Positions 27,116 to 36,177 of a stretch of 64,000 nt of DNA are shown here, in pieces. Location: NCBI GenBank assembly GCA_965228895.1, contig OZ245842.1, forward strand, positions 3,328,001 through 3,392,000, in the 5' to 3' direction. The notes under the pieces were generated by a model. That model was not told the origin of the DNA and made no database searches. It worked only from the letters and a program-made list of their open reading frames with translations. The DNA is from Alphaproteobacteria bacterium. GTDB taxonomy: Bacteria > Pseudomonadota > Alphaproteobacteria > SP197. Made by a program: the position numbers and the translations under genes. The stretch's first letter is position 1, and each line of letters starts with the position of its first letter.

Positions 27116-27151
27116 GCCGCCGGCGCCCACAAGCGCCGGCGGTTTTGCTTT
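27116..27151 (+). terminator. Rho-independent terminator
   Basis: GCCGCCGGCGC-CCACAA-GCGCCGGCGGT stem followed by TTTGCTTT. Confidence 0.75.
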
Positions 27152-27180
27152 GGATGCACACCTTAGAGGCGGTCGTCGAG

Positions 27181-27747
27181 TCAGCCGAACTTTGGCGGTG
27201 TCGGCAGGCCGTCTTCGATCTCGATATCGAAGGCGGTCACCATGTAACCCATGATCGCATAGAGGCCGCACAGGACGACGACCTCGACGACCCCGGCCTC
27301 GCCGTGGGCCGCGACAATGCGTTCTTGGATGTCTTCAGGAATCGACTGCTTCGCATCGATCGCGTCGACGGCCTGCAACACCGCGCGCGATGCGTCGGGC
27401 AGGCTCTCCGGCAGCTTGCCGATGGTCAGCTCATCGATGACGTCCTGGCTGATACCGGCCTGCTTGGCCGGGCGCTGGTGGTGCGACCACTCGTAGCCGA
27501 AACCCTGGCGCGACGCGTAACGCAGAATAGCAAGTTCGCGCACGTCATCGGGCAGGACCCCGTGAAAGCGAAGGTGTTCGCCAAGCTGCCCAGCCTTGGC
27601 CGCGACGCCCGGGTTGTTGAACATGCGCACATAGACTTCGGCCAGCCTGGCGCGGCCATCCGCATGGGACCGCGTTGAGGCCATGTGCTCGAAGATCTTG
27701 AGGTCGTCACCGGTCAGCGTTTCGGTGGGATCGGGAAGCTTCGCCAT
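27181..27747 (-). CDS. Carboxymuconolactone decarboxylase/AhpD-like protein
   Basis: LPDDVRELAILR..YEWSHH..GVVEVVVLCGLY. Confidence 0.85.
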   Translation of the reverse strand: MAKLPDPTETLTGDDLKIFEHMASTRSHADGRARLAEVYVRMFNNPGVAAKAGQLGEHLRFHGVLPDDVRELAILRYASRQGFGYEWSHHQRPAKQAGISQDVIDELTIGKLPESLPDASRAVLQAVDAIDAKQSIPEDIQERIVAAHGEAGVVEVVVLCGLYAIMGYMVTAFDIEIEDGLPTPPKFG

Positions 27748-27851
27748 ACGCCATCAATCTCCCGTATCAGCGGGCATGAATGCCGGCGCCGCATCACGTA
27801 ATGCGTAGGGCGCCGGCAGGGTCGTATGAAACCGGCCGTGATGCCTGGCTG

Positions 27852-28082
27852 TTACTGGAACCGGCCCGAAATGTCGTCCCACAAGGCGCCGGTCGCCGCA
27901 CCCGCAGCACCACCGATCGCCGCGCCGACTGCCGGGCTTCCGGCCATCGCGCCGACGATGGTGCCGCCGACCGCGCCGACGGCGCCGCCAGTCAGCGCCT
28001 GCTGTTCCTGGCGTGACAGATCCGAACATCCGGCCGTTCCAAGGAAGACCACCGCGACAGCGGCAACACAGAACTTCTTCAT
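27852..28082 (-). CDS. Small glycine-zipper lipoprotein (OsmB/YMGG-like)
   Basis: Lipobox TAGC; GGAVGAVGG..GAAIGGAAG. Confidence 0.8.
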   Translation of the reverse strand: MKKFCVAAVAVVFLGTAGCSDLSRQEQQALTGGAVGAVGGTIVGAMAGSPAVGAAIGGAAGAATGALWDDISGRFQ

Positions 28083-28109
28083 GTTTCGATCCTCTCTTCT
28101 GACGCCGGC

Positions 28110-28487
28110 TTAGAGCGGCTGAACGGTATAGACACGCACCATGGTCGAGATGACCGGGCGGCCCGTATCGTCGGGATTGGCGATGTAATAGTCGGTCACG
28201 TCGACAGAGACTTCACCGATCGTGCGTCCCTTTACGGCGGCGATCAGATGCGGCACGAAGCTGCGTTCATCCGCCATCATGGTGTCGCCCTTGAGCTGGC
28301 GTTCAAACTCCAGCACATGCATGACGCCCGAGACGAAGGCGACACGCTGGCCCTCGTCCATCTGCTGCCAATGGGTGCCGTCCAGCACCATGAACTCCTG
28401 CGCCTCGGCCTTGTCCCCCGGCACGCCCGCCAGGGCCAGCCCCAGTGCCAACACCGTCGCCAGGCCAAATCGTCTCAACATCAACAT
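28110..28487 (-). CDS. Secreted hypothetical protein
   Basis: Signal peptide ending AEA-Q; DGTHW..RVAFVSG. Confidence 0.6.
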   Translation of the reverse strand: MLMLRRFGLATVLALGLALAGVPGDKAEAQEFMVLDGTHWQQMDEGQRVAFVSGVMHVLEFERQLKGDTMMADERSFVPHLIAAVKGRTIGEVSVDVTDYYIANPDDTGRPVISTMVRVYTVQPL

Positions 28488-28632
28488 CGCTCATCCCCAA
28501 TCTCGTTATCTCACCGGGGCTCGCAACGCCCGGTTGATGCCGACTCTAACACGCACCGCATGATGGCTTCCACCGCGTGTTGGAAAGAACGCAGCGCCAT
28601 GAGACAGTGCCCGCGCAACTGGGAGCCATACC

Positions 28633-29862
28633 ATGACCACAGGCGTTGGTGGATCGACGGCAGAGACCGAACTCGCCAAACTCACCTCGATGCGCGACGG
28701 CATCGCACCGATCACCGATGCGGAGTGCGCGGCGCGTATCGCCAAGGCGCAAGCGCTGATGGGCGAGGCCGGGATCGATGCGCTCTATCTCGATGCGTCA
28801 ACCAGCCTCTACTATTTCACCGGCCTCCGCGTTCACGCCAGCGAACGGTTGACCGGCGCGGTGCTGCCGGCTGACGGCGACATCGCCTATGTCGTTCCGG
28901 CGTTCGAGGAAGCGGCGATTCTGGAAATGCTGCCCTCAGCCGGCGACATCCGCGGTTGGCAGGAGCATGAGGACCCGACCGCGCTGGTCATCGACACCCT
29001 GCGCGACATGGGCGCGGCCAGCGGCACGTTGGCGGTCGACGAGACGACGCCCTTCTTCACCTTCGACGGCCTGCGCCGTGCCGGCAACTCCTTCGACTTC
29101 GTCAACGCCAGCCAGATCACCGCCACCTGCCGCATGATCAAGTCGGATGCGGAGATCGCGTTGATGCAGCGCGCCAAGGGTATGACGCTGGAAGTCCACA
29201 AGGCGGCCGCGCGGATTCTGCATGACGGCATCACGACGACAGAGGTCCAAGGGTTCATCGAAGAAGCGCACCGGCGCGTCGGCGTTGACGGACCGACCAC
29301 GTTCAACATTGTCTTGTTCGGCGAAGCCACCGCCTATCCTCACGGCGTGCCCTATGCGCAGACCTTGAAGGAAGGCGACATGGTGCTGATCGATATCGGC
29401 GCCACGGTCGAAGGCTACAACTCCGACATCACGCGCTCATATGTCCTCGGCGAACCGTCGGCGCGTGAGCGCGAAGTATGGGATGTCGAGAAAGCCGCCC
29501 AGGCAGCCGCCTTCGATGCCGCCCAGGTCGGCGCACCCTGCGGTTCGGTCGACGACGCCGCGCGCCGTGTCATCGAAGCCGCCGGCTTCGGCCCCGGCTA
29601 TGCGCTACCCGGCCTGCCCCACCGCACCGGTCACGGCGTCGGGCTCGACGTCCACGAGTGGACCTATCTGGTCAAAGACAACCCGACACCGCTTGAACCC
29701 GGCATGTGTTTTTCTAACGAGCCGACGATCTGCATATACGGCGAGTTCGGCATCCGCCTGGAAGACCACTTCTATATGACCCCCGACGGCCCCCGCTGGT
29801 TTACCCAGCCGAGCCATTCCGTCGACGACCCCTTCGGTTACGAAGCGGCCGCCGACGGTTAA
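28633..29862 (+). CDS. Xaa-Pro peptidase (M24 family)
   Basis: GYNSDITR, HRTGHGVGLDVHE, FSNEP and GIRLED motifs. Confidence 0.93.
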   Translation: MTTGVGGSTAETELAKLTSMRDGIAPITDAECAARIAKAQALMGEAGIDALYLDASTSLYYFTGLRVHASERLTGAVLPADGDIAYVVPAFEEAAILEMLPSAGDIRGWQEHEDPTALVIDTLRDMGAASGTLAVDETTPFFTFDGLRRAGNSFDFVNASQITATCRMIKSDAEIALMQRAKGMTLEVHKAAARILHDGITTTEVQGFIEEAHRRVGVDGPTTFNIVLFGEATAYPHGVPYAQTLKEGDMVLIDIGATVEGYNSDITRSYVLGEPSAREREVWDVEKAAQAAAFDAAQVGAPCGSVDDAARRVIEAAGFGPGYALPGLPHRTGHGVGLDVHEWTYLVKDNPTPLEPGMCFSNEPTICIYGEFGIRLEDHFYMTPDGPRWFTQPSHSVDDPFGYEAAADG

Positions 29863-29880
29863 GGGCACCGACGCCCGGAC

Positions 29881-30963
29881 CTATTCGCCGTAATAGGCCT
29901 TGGTCTCCTGCCAGAGCTCCAGGTACTGCTCGCGCTTGCCATCGTCCATCGGTCTGCCGAAATGCAGACGATCGACGTTCTCCGGGTCTGTCAGGACCTG
30001 CCGGGTCATCGAATCCTCCGACAACGCGCCGACGGCGTCCTGGTTCGCCGTTACCGGCGCGCCGCCAGCCTCCGCCCAGTCGCCATAGAACTCGGCGCTG
30101 GTGAGATAATTGAGGAACGCATAAGCGGCATCCGGATTGGGCGCGTCAGCCGGAATGACAACCGCGTCACGCCAGGCCAGCGCGCCTTCTTCCGGCACGA
30201 TGAACGCGACGGGCTGGTCGAGGTTTTCCTTCGCCTTCTCCGTTGAGTCCGTCCACATGATCGAGACGTCGCACTGTCCGCCGCCAATCGCCTTCATCCA
30301 CTGGTCTTCCGACGACCAGAACATGGTGATCTGCGGTTTCAGCTCGCGCAGCTTCTCACGGATCGCATCCATATCGGACGGGTCATGAGGATCCTGGCCC
30401 AGGGCCAGGGCGGCGAATTGAACGGAGTCGACGGCATCGTCACGCCAGCACACGCGCCCGGCATGGGCGGGGTCCCACAGCACGTCGACCGAAGTAGGCG
30501 GTGTGTCGAACACGTCGGTGTTGTAGCTGATGCTGGTCGCGCCCCAGATCCATGCGACCGCGTAGAGTTCACCATCCTTGCTGAACTCAGGTGAGTCGCG
30601 CATAGCGGCGAACAGGCTGTCGAAGTTCTCCAGTTTGCTTTGGTCGATCGGCTGTATCAGCCCCTCGTTCGCGGCGTTCATGACATAGACCTCGTTGATG
30701 ATGCCGATGTCATAGGCGCCGGGATTGGTGCGCATCTTGGTGAACATTTCTTCGAACGACGTGTGGTAGTCGTGCACGACATCCGTGCCGTTCGCTTCCT
30801 TGAAGTGTTCGATGGCGAACGGTTGGTCTGTGCCCCAGCCGTTCCAGTTGATCACGTTGACCTCGTCGGCCGATGCCATGGTCACGCCTGCGACAACGCT
30901 GACAACGATCGCCGCCGCTGCGGTCCGCGCAGCACGGTAGGTGGTTTCGAAAACCGAATACAT
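29881..30963 (-). CDS. PotD-like polyamine ABC substrate-binding protein
   Basis: Signal peptide; NWNGW, WIWGATSISYN and PEEGALAW motifs. Confidence 0.85.
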   Translation of the reverse strand: MYSVFETTYRAARTAAAAIVVSVVAGVTMASADEVNVINWNGWGTDQPFAIEHFKEANGTDVVHDYHTSFEEMFTKMRTNPGAYDIGIINEVYVMNAANEGLIQPIDQSKLENFDSLFAAMRDSPEFSKDGELYAVAWIWGATSISYNTDVFDTPPTSVDVLWDPAHAGRVCWRDDAVDSVQFAALALGQDPHDPSDMDAIREKLRELKPQITMFWSSEDQWMKAIGGGQCDVSIMWTDSTEKAKENLDQPVAFIVPEEGALAWRDAVVIPADAPNPDAAYAFLNYLTSAEFYGDWAEAGGAPVTANQDAVGALSEDSMTRQVLTDPENVDRLHFGRPMDDGKREQYLELWQETKAYYGE

Positions 30964-31172
30964 GGTGCCTCCCCTCGTCGTTTCGGGCCCCGCACAATCG
31001 GGGGTCCCTTCGTGTCTCGTCGGACAAACGACGCCCGAGACAACCCTTGGAGTTGGTTGCCTCGTTCAATGCTTTGGCATGGCCGGCACCTTGTCAAGAA
31101 GTGTGACAGGTCTTGTGCAGCGCGCGGTCGGGCTGCTATCGATGGGCGGCCATCAGCAGGGGGCAACGCGCC

Positions 31173-32066
31173 ATGACACAGACCATTCCGCAAACCCCGT
31201 TCGCGTTGCTCTCCGGCAGTGCCGGTTGGGGCATCCGGTTTCCCGACGACCTCGAGGAACCGGGCGTCCGCGTCATCGAACGCGACATGAGCTTCGAGAC
31301 GCCGTGGGGCGCCGTCGATCACTGGCAGCTCATCGAGCTCGACGACAGGCTGACCGGCGGCGCGGGCACGCGCCAGATCCTCAACGTCTTCTCCCACGGC
31401 TGGCCCAACGAAGCGATCGACAACGGCGCCCACCGGCGCGTCGCCTGGGTGTTGCAGCAGGCCGGCGTCAAAAAGATCCTGGCCGACAGCACCTGCGGCT
31501 CGCTCAACAAGGCCGTCTGCCCCGGCGACTTCGTCATTCCCCGCGATATCCTGGACTTTTCGCAGACCCAGTATTCGCTGATGCCCGGCCGGCATCGTCA
31601 CATTCCGCTGGCGCAGCAACTGTTCTGCCCGGCGCTGGGCAAAACGCTTCAGGAAACGGCCACCGCGTCGTGGCCCACCTCGTCACGGGTCTATGGCCAC
31701 GGCACCGGCATCGTCGCCACGCACAACTGGGGACCGCGCTTCACCAGCCGCGCCGAAGCGCAAGCCTTTCGCCAGCTCGGCGGCGATGTCGTCAACCAGA
31801 GCATCGGACCGGAGGCAAGCGCGGCGCGCGAGATCGGCGCCTGCTTCATCAGCGCCAGTTATGTCGTCTGTTTCGAAGACGGCATCGCCGAGGAAACCGG
31901 CGACGGCGCCGCGATCGACGCGCTCCACGAAGATCTGGCGAAGGTCTCAACGCGCATCAGCCTGCATGCGCTGGCGCGTGCCACGGGCGATCAAACCTGC
32001 GGCTGCGGCGCTCTGCTCACGGCGTCACGCACCGACGATCTCGACTGGCGCCCCGGCAGCGGCTGA
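31173..32066 (+). CDS. MTAP/purine nucleoside phosphorylase family protein (divergent)
   Basis: FETPWG, SHG, CGSLN..PGDFVIP, GPRFTSRAE..GGDVVN..PEA..ARE. Confidence 0.82.
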   Translation: MTQTIPQTPFALLSGSAGWGIRFPDDLEEPGVRVIERDMSFETPWGAVDHWQLIELDDRLTGGAGTRQILNVFSHGWPNEAIDNGAHRRVAWVLQQAGVKKILADSTCGSLNKAVCPGDFVIPRDILDFSQTQYSLMPGRHRHIPLAQQLFCPALGKTLQETATASWPTSSRVYGHGTGIVATHNWGPRFTSRAEAQAFRQLGGDVVNQSIGPEASAAREIGACFISASYVVCFEDGIAEETGDGAAIDALHEDLAKVSTRISLHALARATGDQTCGCGALLTASRTDDLDWRPGSG

Positions 32067-32069
32067 CGC

Positions 32070-33194
32070 TCAGCCGGCGTTCGCCGGCGCCTCGATACCC
32101 ATCCGCTCCAGCAGATGACAGGCGAACTCCCAGTTCGTCGCTTCCCAGGGATGCAGCGGCGCGCGATTGCCGGTGCCTGCGGCAAGTCCGCGCTGGACGC
32201 CTTCGATGATCACCTTGTCTTCGGCCATGAACGCATGCACCGCATCGTTGGCCTCGGCGATTGTGGTTTGGTCGACCGGCTCGTTGCCTTCCGGATAAAG
32301 CGCCAGCCACATGTGCGCACGCAGGCTTTGCGGCCCGTCTGGCATGACGGAGAGCCATAGCGCCGACCCGCCGTCGATAGCGAAGGCAAGGGCGGGATAG
32401 ATGCAGATCAAATGGCTCGCCGTCACGTCTTCCTCCGCGACACCGCGCCGGCGCGCCGGTTCGACCGCATAAGATGCGTTGGTGCGCATCAGGTGATGGT
32501 TGAACCCCGGCCCGCCCTTGAGGTTCTCGATCGTCGCCGTCGGTGTCGTGTCTTCCAGCGTCGCCTTGTGGACACGGAAGACGTGGTAACTCTCGCAGAA
32601 GTTCTCGACCAGGACCTTCCAGTTGCACGCAAAGCTCATGTCCTCGCGCAGAATGACCTCGTGTTTGTCGAGCTCCAGTGGCGCGATGCGCGGCTCGAGA
32701 TCGGCCAGCGCCGGCGCCAGAGGTTCAGCGTTCTCGTCCAGATTGACGAAGACGAGTCCCTGCCAGATCTCCAGCCCGAGCCGCTTCAAGCCGATATCGC
32801 CCAGCGCGGCGCGGTCCATATGGGGCGCGCCCATCAGTTTGCCGGTCAGGTCATAGGACCAGGCGTGATAGGGACAGGAAAAGACGCTCGTGTTGCCCGA
32901 TCCCGATGCAATGACCGCCGAGCGATGGGCGCAGACGTTGGAGAACGCACGCACCTCGCCATCGCGCCCGCGCGCGACCAGCACCGGCTGGCCGGCCAGA
33001 TCGAAGGTCAGATAGTCGCCGGCGTTCTTGAGCTCCGAGACATGGCCGACCACGATCCAACCGCTGGCAAAGACAGTCTCGCGCTCCAGCTTCGCCATCG
33101 CCTCGCTGGTATAGGCTTCTGGCGGCAGAGCAACGCGATCACCATGTGTCCGGCGCGCGTCGGCCCACGCGCTGAGTGTGGTTTCGATTGACAT
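32070..33194 (-). CDS. Rieske non-heme iron oxygenase alpha subunit (choline monooxygenase/CntA-like group)
   Basis: CAHR..CPYHAW Rieske motif; NWK..ENFCESYH..VH; ED..IIEGVQRG. Confidence 0.9.
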   Translation of the reverse strand: MSIETTLSAWADARRTHGDRVALPPEAYTSEAMAKLERETVFASGWIVVGHVSELKNAGDYLTFDLAGQPVLVARGRDGEVRAFSNVCAHRSAVIASGSGNTSVFSCPYHAWSYDLTGKLMGAPHMDRAALGDIGLKRLGLEIWQGLVFVNLDENAEPLAPALADLEPRIAPLELDKHEVILREDMSFACNWKVLVENFCESYHVFRVHKATLEDTTPTATIENLKGGPGFNHHLMRTNASYAVEPARRRGVAEEDVTASHLICIYPALAFAIDGGSALWLSVMPDGPQSLRAHMWLALYPEGNEPVDQTTIAEANDAVHAFMAEDKVIIEGVQRGLAAGTGNRAPLHPWEATNWEFACHLLERMGIEAPANAG

Positions 33195-33206
33195 GACCGG
33201 ACCCTA

Positions 33207-33512
33207 TCACGCGTCCCTGGCGGCAAGCACGGCTTTGATCAGGTCCTCCGGCACGTCGTCGGGAACTGGCGCGTTCTGCTCATCAAAGGCGCGCTTCGCG
33301 ACCTCGATCGTTCGGCGATAGGCGGCGAGGTAATCGCGGCATTCCCGGCACACTTTCAGGTGCAACTCGAAAACGAATCGCTGCCGGTTGGGAAGCTCGC
33401 CCTCCAGATAGGCCAGAATGAAATCTTCGAACTCCCGGCACGTGATCATCAATGGCATGTGGTTCAGCATCATGCCGTGCAACCACTTCATGGGACGTAA
33501 CCCGTCAGCCAT
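33207..33512 (-). CDS. Zinc-finger (zf-HC2/ZAS) anti-sigma factor
   Basis: ITCREF..YLEGEL..FELHLKVCRECRDY; GGAGG RBS before ATG 33512. Confidence 0.85.
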   Translation of the reverse strand: MADGLRPMKWLHGMMLNHMPLMITCREFEDFILAYLEGELPNRQRFVFELHLKVCRECRDYLAAYRRTIEVAKRAFDEQNAPVPDDVPEDLIKAVLAARDA

Positions 33513-33556
33513 CAGCACCTCCCTGCCGGCTGGCGCACGATCCGGCCCATGACATT

Positions 33557-33583
33557 GATGCCGGTCCCGATTGTTTCGTTACA
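33557..33583 (-). promoter_or_regulatory. Candidate ECF promoter
   Basis: Minus strand TGTAAC-N16-GCATC upstream of the anti-sigma gene. Confidence 0.5.
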
Positions 33584-33609
33584 TCGAACGATCCATGGTG
33601 AAATCACCA

Positions 33610-34242
33610 TCACAGCTCTCCCTTCAGAACCGGCTCCAACAGCTTCTTCAGCGCCGAGCGGCCACGATGCAGACGCACCTTCACGTTCGCCTCGCTGATG
33701 CCAAGTCCCTCAGCCACTTCGCTTGTCGACAACTCCTCGATATCGCGCAGCTTCAGAACCACCCGGTAGTTTTCCGGCAGCTCATCGATCATGCGGTGGA
33801 CGAGATCGCGCCGGTCCTTTTGGTCGTAAATTTCGTCCGGCGTCGCCAAGGCCGACCAGGAGCCTTCGATACGGCAAGCGTTCTCGTCGAACGACGGCAA
33901 CCAGTCGTCGATCGGCACGTCGGTAATGTTGCGACGTGACCGCAGTTTCATTAGCGCCTGGTTGACGGTGATCCGGTGCAGCCATGTCTTGAGGCTGGAG
34001 CGTTCTTCGAAACCACCGATCTTGGCGAGCGCGTTGATCAACGCCTCTTGCGCACAATCCTCGGCCAGCGACCGCTCGCCCAGGATGCGTTGGGCGGCCG
34101 CGATCATGGCACCGGCATGGGTACGCACCAGAATTTCGGCCGCCGACGCCTCGCCCGCCTTCAACGCGGTCACCAGCGACGCCTCGTCAATCGAAGCTTT
34201 GGTCATCGACCTCGATCTATGGTCGAGCCCCTCGTCCATCAC
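33610..34242 (-). CDS. ECF sigma-70 factor (start uncertain, 34242 or 34206)
   Basis: AEDCAQE..FEERSSLKTWLHRI and LPENYR..LRDIEELS..VKVRLHRGR. Confidence 0.92.
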   Translation of the reverse strand: MMDEGLDHRSRSMTKASIDEASLVTALKAGEASAAEILVRTHAGAMIAAAQRILGERSLAEDCAQEALINALAKIGGFEERSSLKTWLHRITVNQALMKLRSRRNITDVPIDDWLPSFDENACRIEGSWSALATPDEIYDQKDRRDLVHRMIDELPENYRVVLKLRDIEELSTSEVAEGLGISEANVKVRLHRGRSALKKLLEPVLKGEL

Positions 34243-34365
34243 CGCAGCTTACCACCCAGCGACCATCGCGCATGCCGCACAATCAGGGAATATCGCAGCG
34301 GCGACTCCGCCACCGTTCCGTACGGCCTATACTTCCTGACAGCCGGGTGACAACGGGAGGGTGGC

Positions 34366-34773
34366 GTGCGTGAGGACTGGCGAAGGGCCGCGATTGACGG
34401 CGATGCCGACACGATCGAACGTCTGCTGGCCGAAGGTATCGATGTCGAAGGTCTGGATCACTATGCCCAGACCGCTCTGATGTTGGCCGCGCGACACGGC
34501 CATGGTTCGGTGGTCGGCTTGCTGCTGGCCGCAGGCGCCGATAAGGATGTCACCGCCAAGTACAAGCTCAGCGCACTCATGCTGGCGGTCGTTAATCGCC
34601 ATCAGAGTGTCGCCAGGCAGTTGGTCGATGCCGGTGCCAATACGCGGTTGCGCAGCAGCGGCGAGACCGGGTTCTCCGGCCAGACCGCCGCGGAAATGGC
34701 CACGCAAGGTGGCCTTCACGAACTCGCCGCCTACATCGCAGCGGCCGATAAAGGCGCCGCAACGGACAGATGA
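34366..34773 (+). CDS. Ankyrin-repeat protein
   Basis: TALMLAA..GH..VGLLLAAGAD repeats. Confidence 0.88.
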   Translation: MREDWRRAAIDGDADTIERLLAEGIDVEGLDHYAQTALMLAARHGHGSVVGLLLAAGADKDVTAKYKLSALMLAVVNRHQSVARQLVDAGANTRLRSSGETGFSGQTAAEMATQGGLHELAAYIAAADKGAATDR

Positions 34774-34793
34774 CACGAATTCGCTCACAATAG

Positions 34794-34820
34794 CGTAACC
34801 AAACCCTCAATCGGCGCATC
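34794..34820 (+). promoter_or_regulatory. Candidate ECF promoter for the antiporter/Rieske operon
   Basis: CGTAAC-N16-GCATC, with the same core and spacing as 33557-33583. Confidence 0.5.
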
Positions 34821-34888
34821 GGACACCCATCTGTTGGTGATTGGGTTCCCCGCAAGCGCCGGGGGTTTGGAAGGGGGCTTGTGTTCGC

Positions 34889-36142
34889 ATGACGGTCGGT
34901 TTGCTCGTGGTAATGCTGGTTACCGCTGCCTTCACCATGGTGGCGCAACGGCTGTCGACCACGGTGATCACCGCACCCATGGTGTTCCTGGCGCTGGGTT
35001 ACCTGGCGTCGCTGACGGGCTTGCTGCCTCACCAGGAGGTCGAGGTGGCCTTGCATCTGGTCGCCGAGATCGCGCTGATCATTCTGTTGTTCCTGGACGC
35101 CGCCCAGATGGACGTGATGGCGTTGCGCCGGCGCCATGTGTGGCCGACGCGCATGCTGGCGATCGGCCTGCCGCTCACCATCGTACTCGGCACGCTGGCG
35201 GCCCTGCCCTTCCTCGACGGCTGGCCGCTGGTCGGCGTGGCGCTTGTGGCCGCCATTCTGGCGCCGACCGATGCGGCGCTCGGCCAGGCGGTCGTCACCA
35301 ACCCGCTGGTTCCCGACCGCGTGCGCCGTGCACTGACCGTCGAAAGCGGCCTCAACGACGGCCTGGCGCTGCCCGCCGTTCTGCTCTTCGCCAGCCTGGC
35401 CGCCGAGGTCATGGATAGCGAACGGACCAACTGGCTGGTGTTCGGCGCTCAACAGCTGATCCTCGGACCCATCGCGGGCCTTATCGTCGGTTTCGCCGGT
35501 GCCAAGCTCCTGCTCTATGCCAAGGATCGCCATTTAACGTCCACCACCTACGAAGGCATCGGCGCGCTCGCCATGGCGTTTGCCTGTTATCTGGCGGCCG
35601 ACGCGGTCGGCGGCAACGGCTTCATCGCCGCCTTTGCAGGCGGCCTGACCTTCGGCGCGATCGTCGAGGGACGCTGCAAGTTCGTCTATGAGTTCACCGA
35701 GAGCGAAGGCCAGATGCTGGCCTGGGCGGCCTTTTTCCTGCTCGGCCTGGCGCTGGTGCCCGAGGCGATCCAGCACCTCACGTGGTCAAGCCTGGCGATC
35801 ATCTTGATCAGCCTGTTCGTCGTGCGCCCTGTCGCTATCTGGCTGTCGCTGATCGGTACCAACGCCGCGCCCATTACCCGCCTTTTCTTCGGCTGGTTCG
35901 GGCCGCGCGGCCTGGCGACGGCGCTCTTCGCGCTGCTGATCCTGGAACAGATCACCGACGAGCTTTCCGCGCCCGTACTGGCGCTCGCGATCAATGCTGT
36001 GTGGATCAGCGCGCTGCTGCACGGCCTTAGCGCCATGCCGGCGGCCAAACGCTACGCCAAGGTCGTCGCGGCGATGGGGCCGTGCGCGGAGACGCAAGCT
36101 ATCGACGGCTCCGCCAAACCGCTTGTCACGCGAGACCATTAA
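34889..36142 (+). CDS. Cation:proton antiporter (CPA1/NhaP-like)
   Basis: LAPTDAALG, ESGLNDG and GWFGPRG motifs; many TM helices. Confidence 0.92.
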   Translation: MTVGLLVVMLVTAAFTMVAQRLSTTVITAPMVFLALGYLASLTGLLPHQEVEVALHLVAEIALIILLFLDAAQMDVMALRRRHVWPTRMLAIGLPLTIVLGTLAALPFLDGWPLVGVALVAAILAPTDAALGQAVVTNPLVPDRVRRALTVESGLNDGLALPAVLLFASLAAEVMDSERTNWLVFGAQQLILGPIAGLIVGFAGAKLLLYAKDRHLTSTTYEGIGALAMAFACYLAADAVGGNGFIAAFAGGLTFGAIVEGRCKFVYEFTESEGQMLAWAAFFLLGLALVPEAIQHLTWSSLAIILISLFVVRPVAIWLSLIGTNAAPITRLFFGWFGPRGLATALFALLILEQITDELSAPVLALAINAVWISALLHGLSAMPAAKRYAKVVAAMGPCAETQAIDGSAKPLVTRDH

Positions 36143-36177
36143 CCGAAGACCACAACGTTCCTGTCTGGGAGAAGTTC

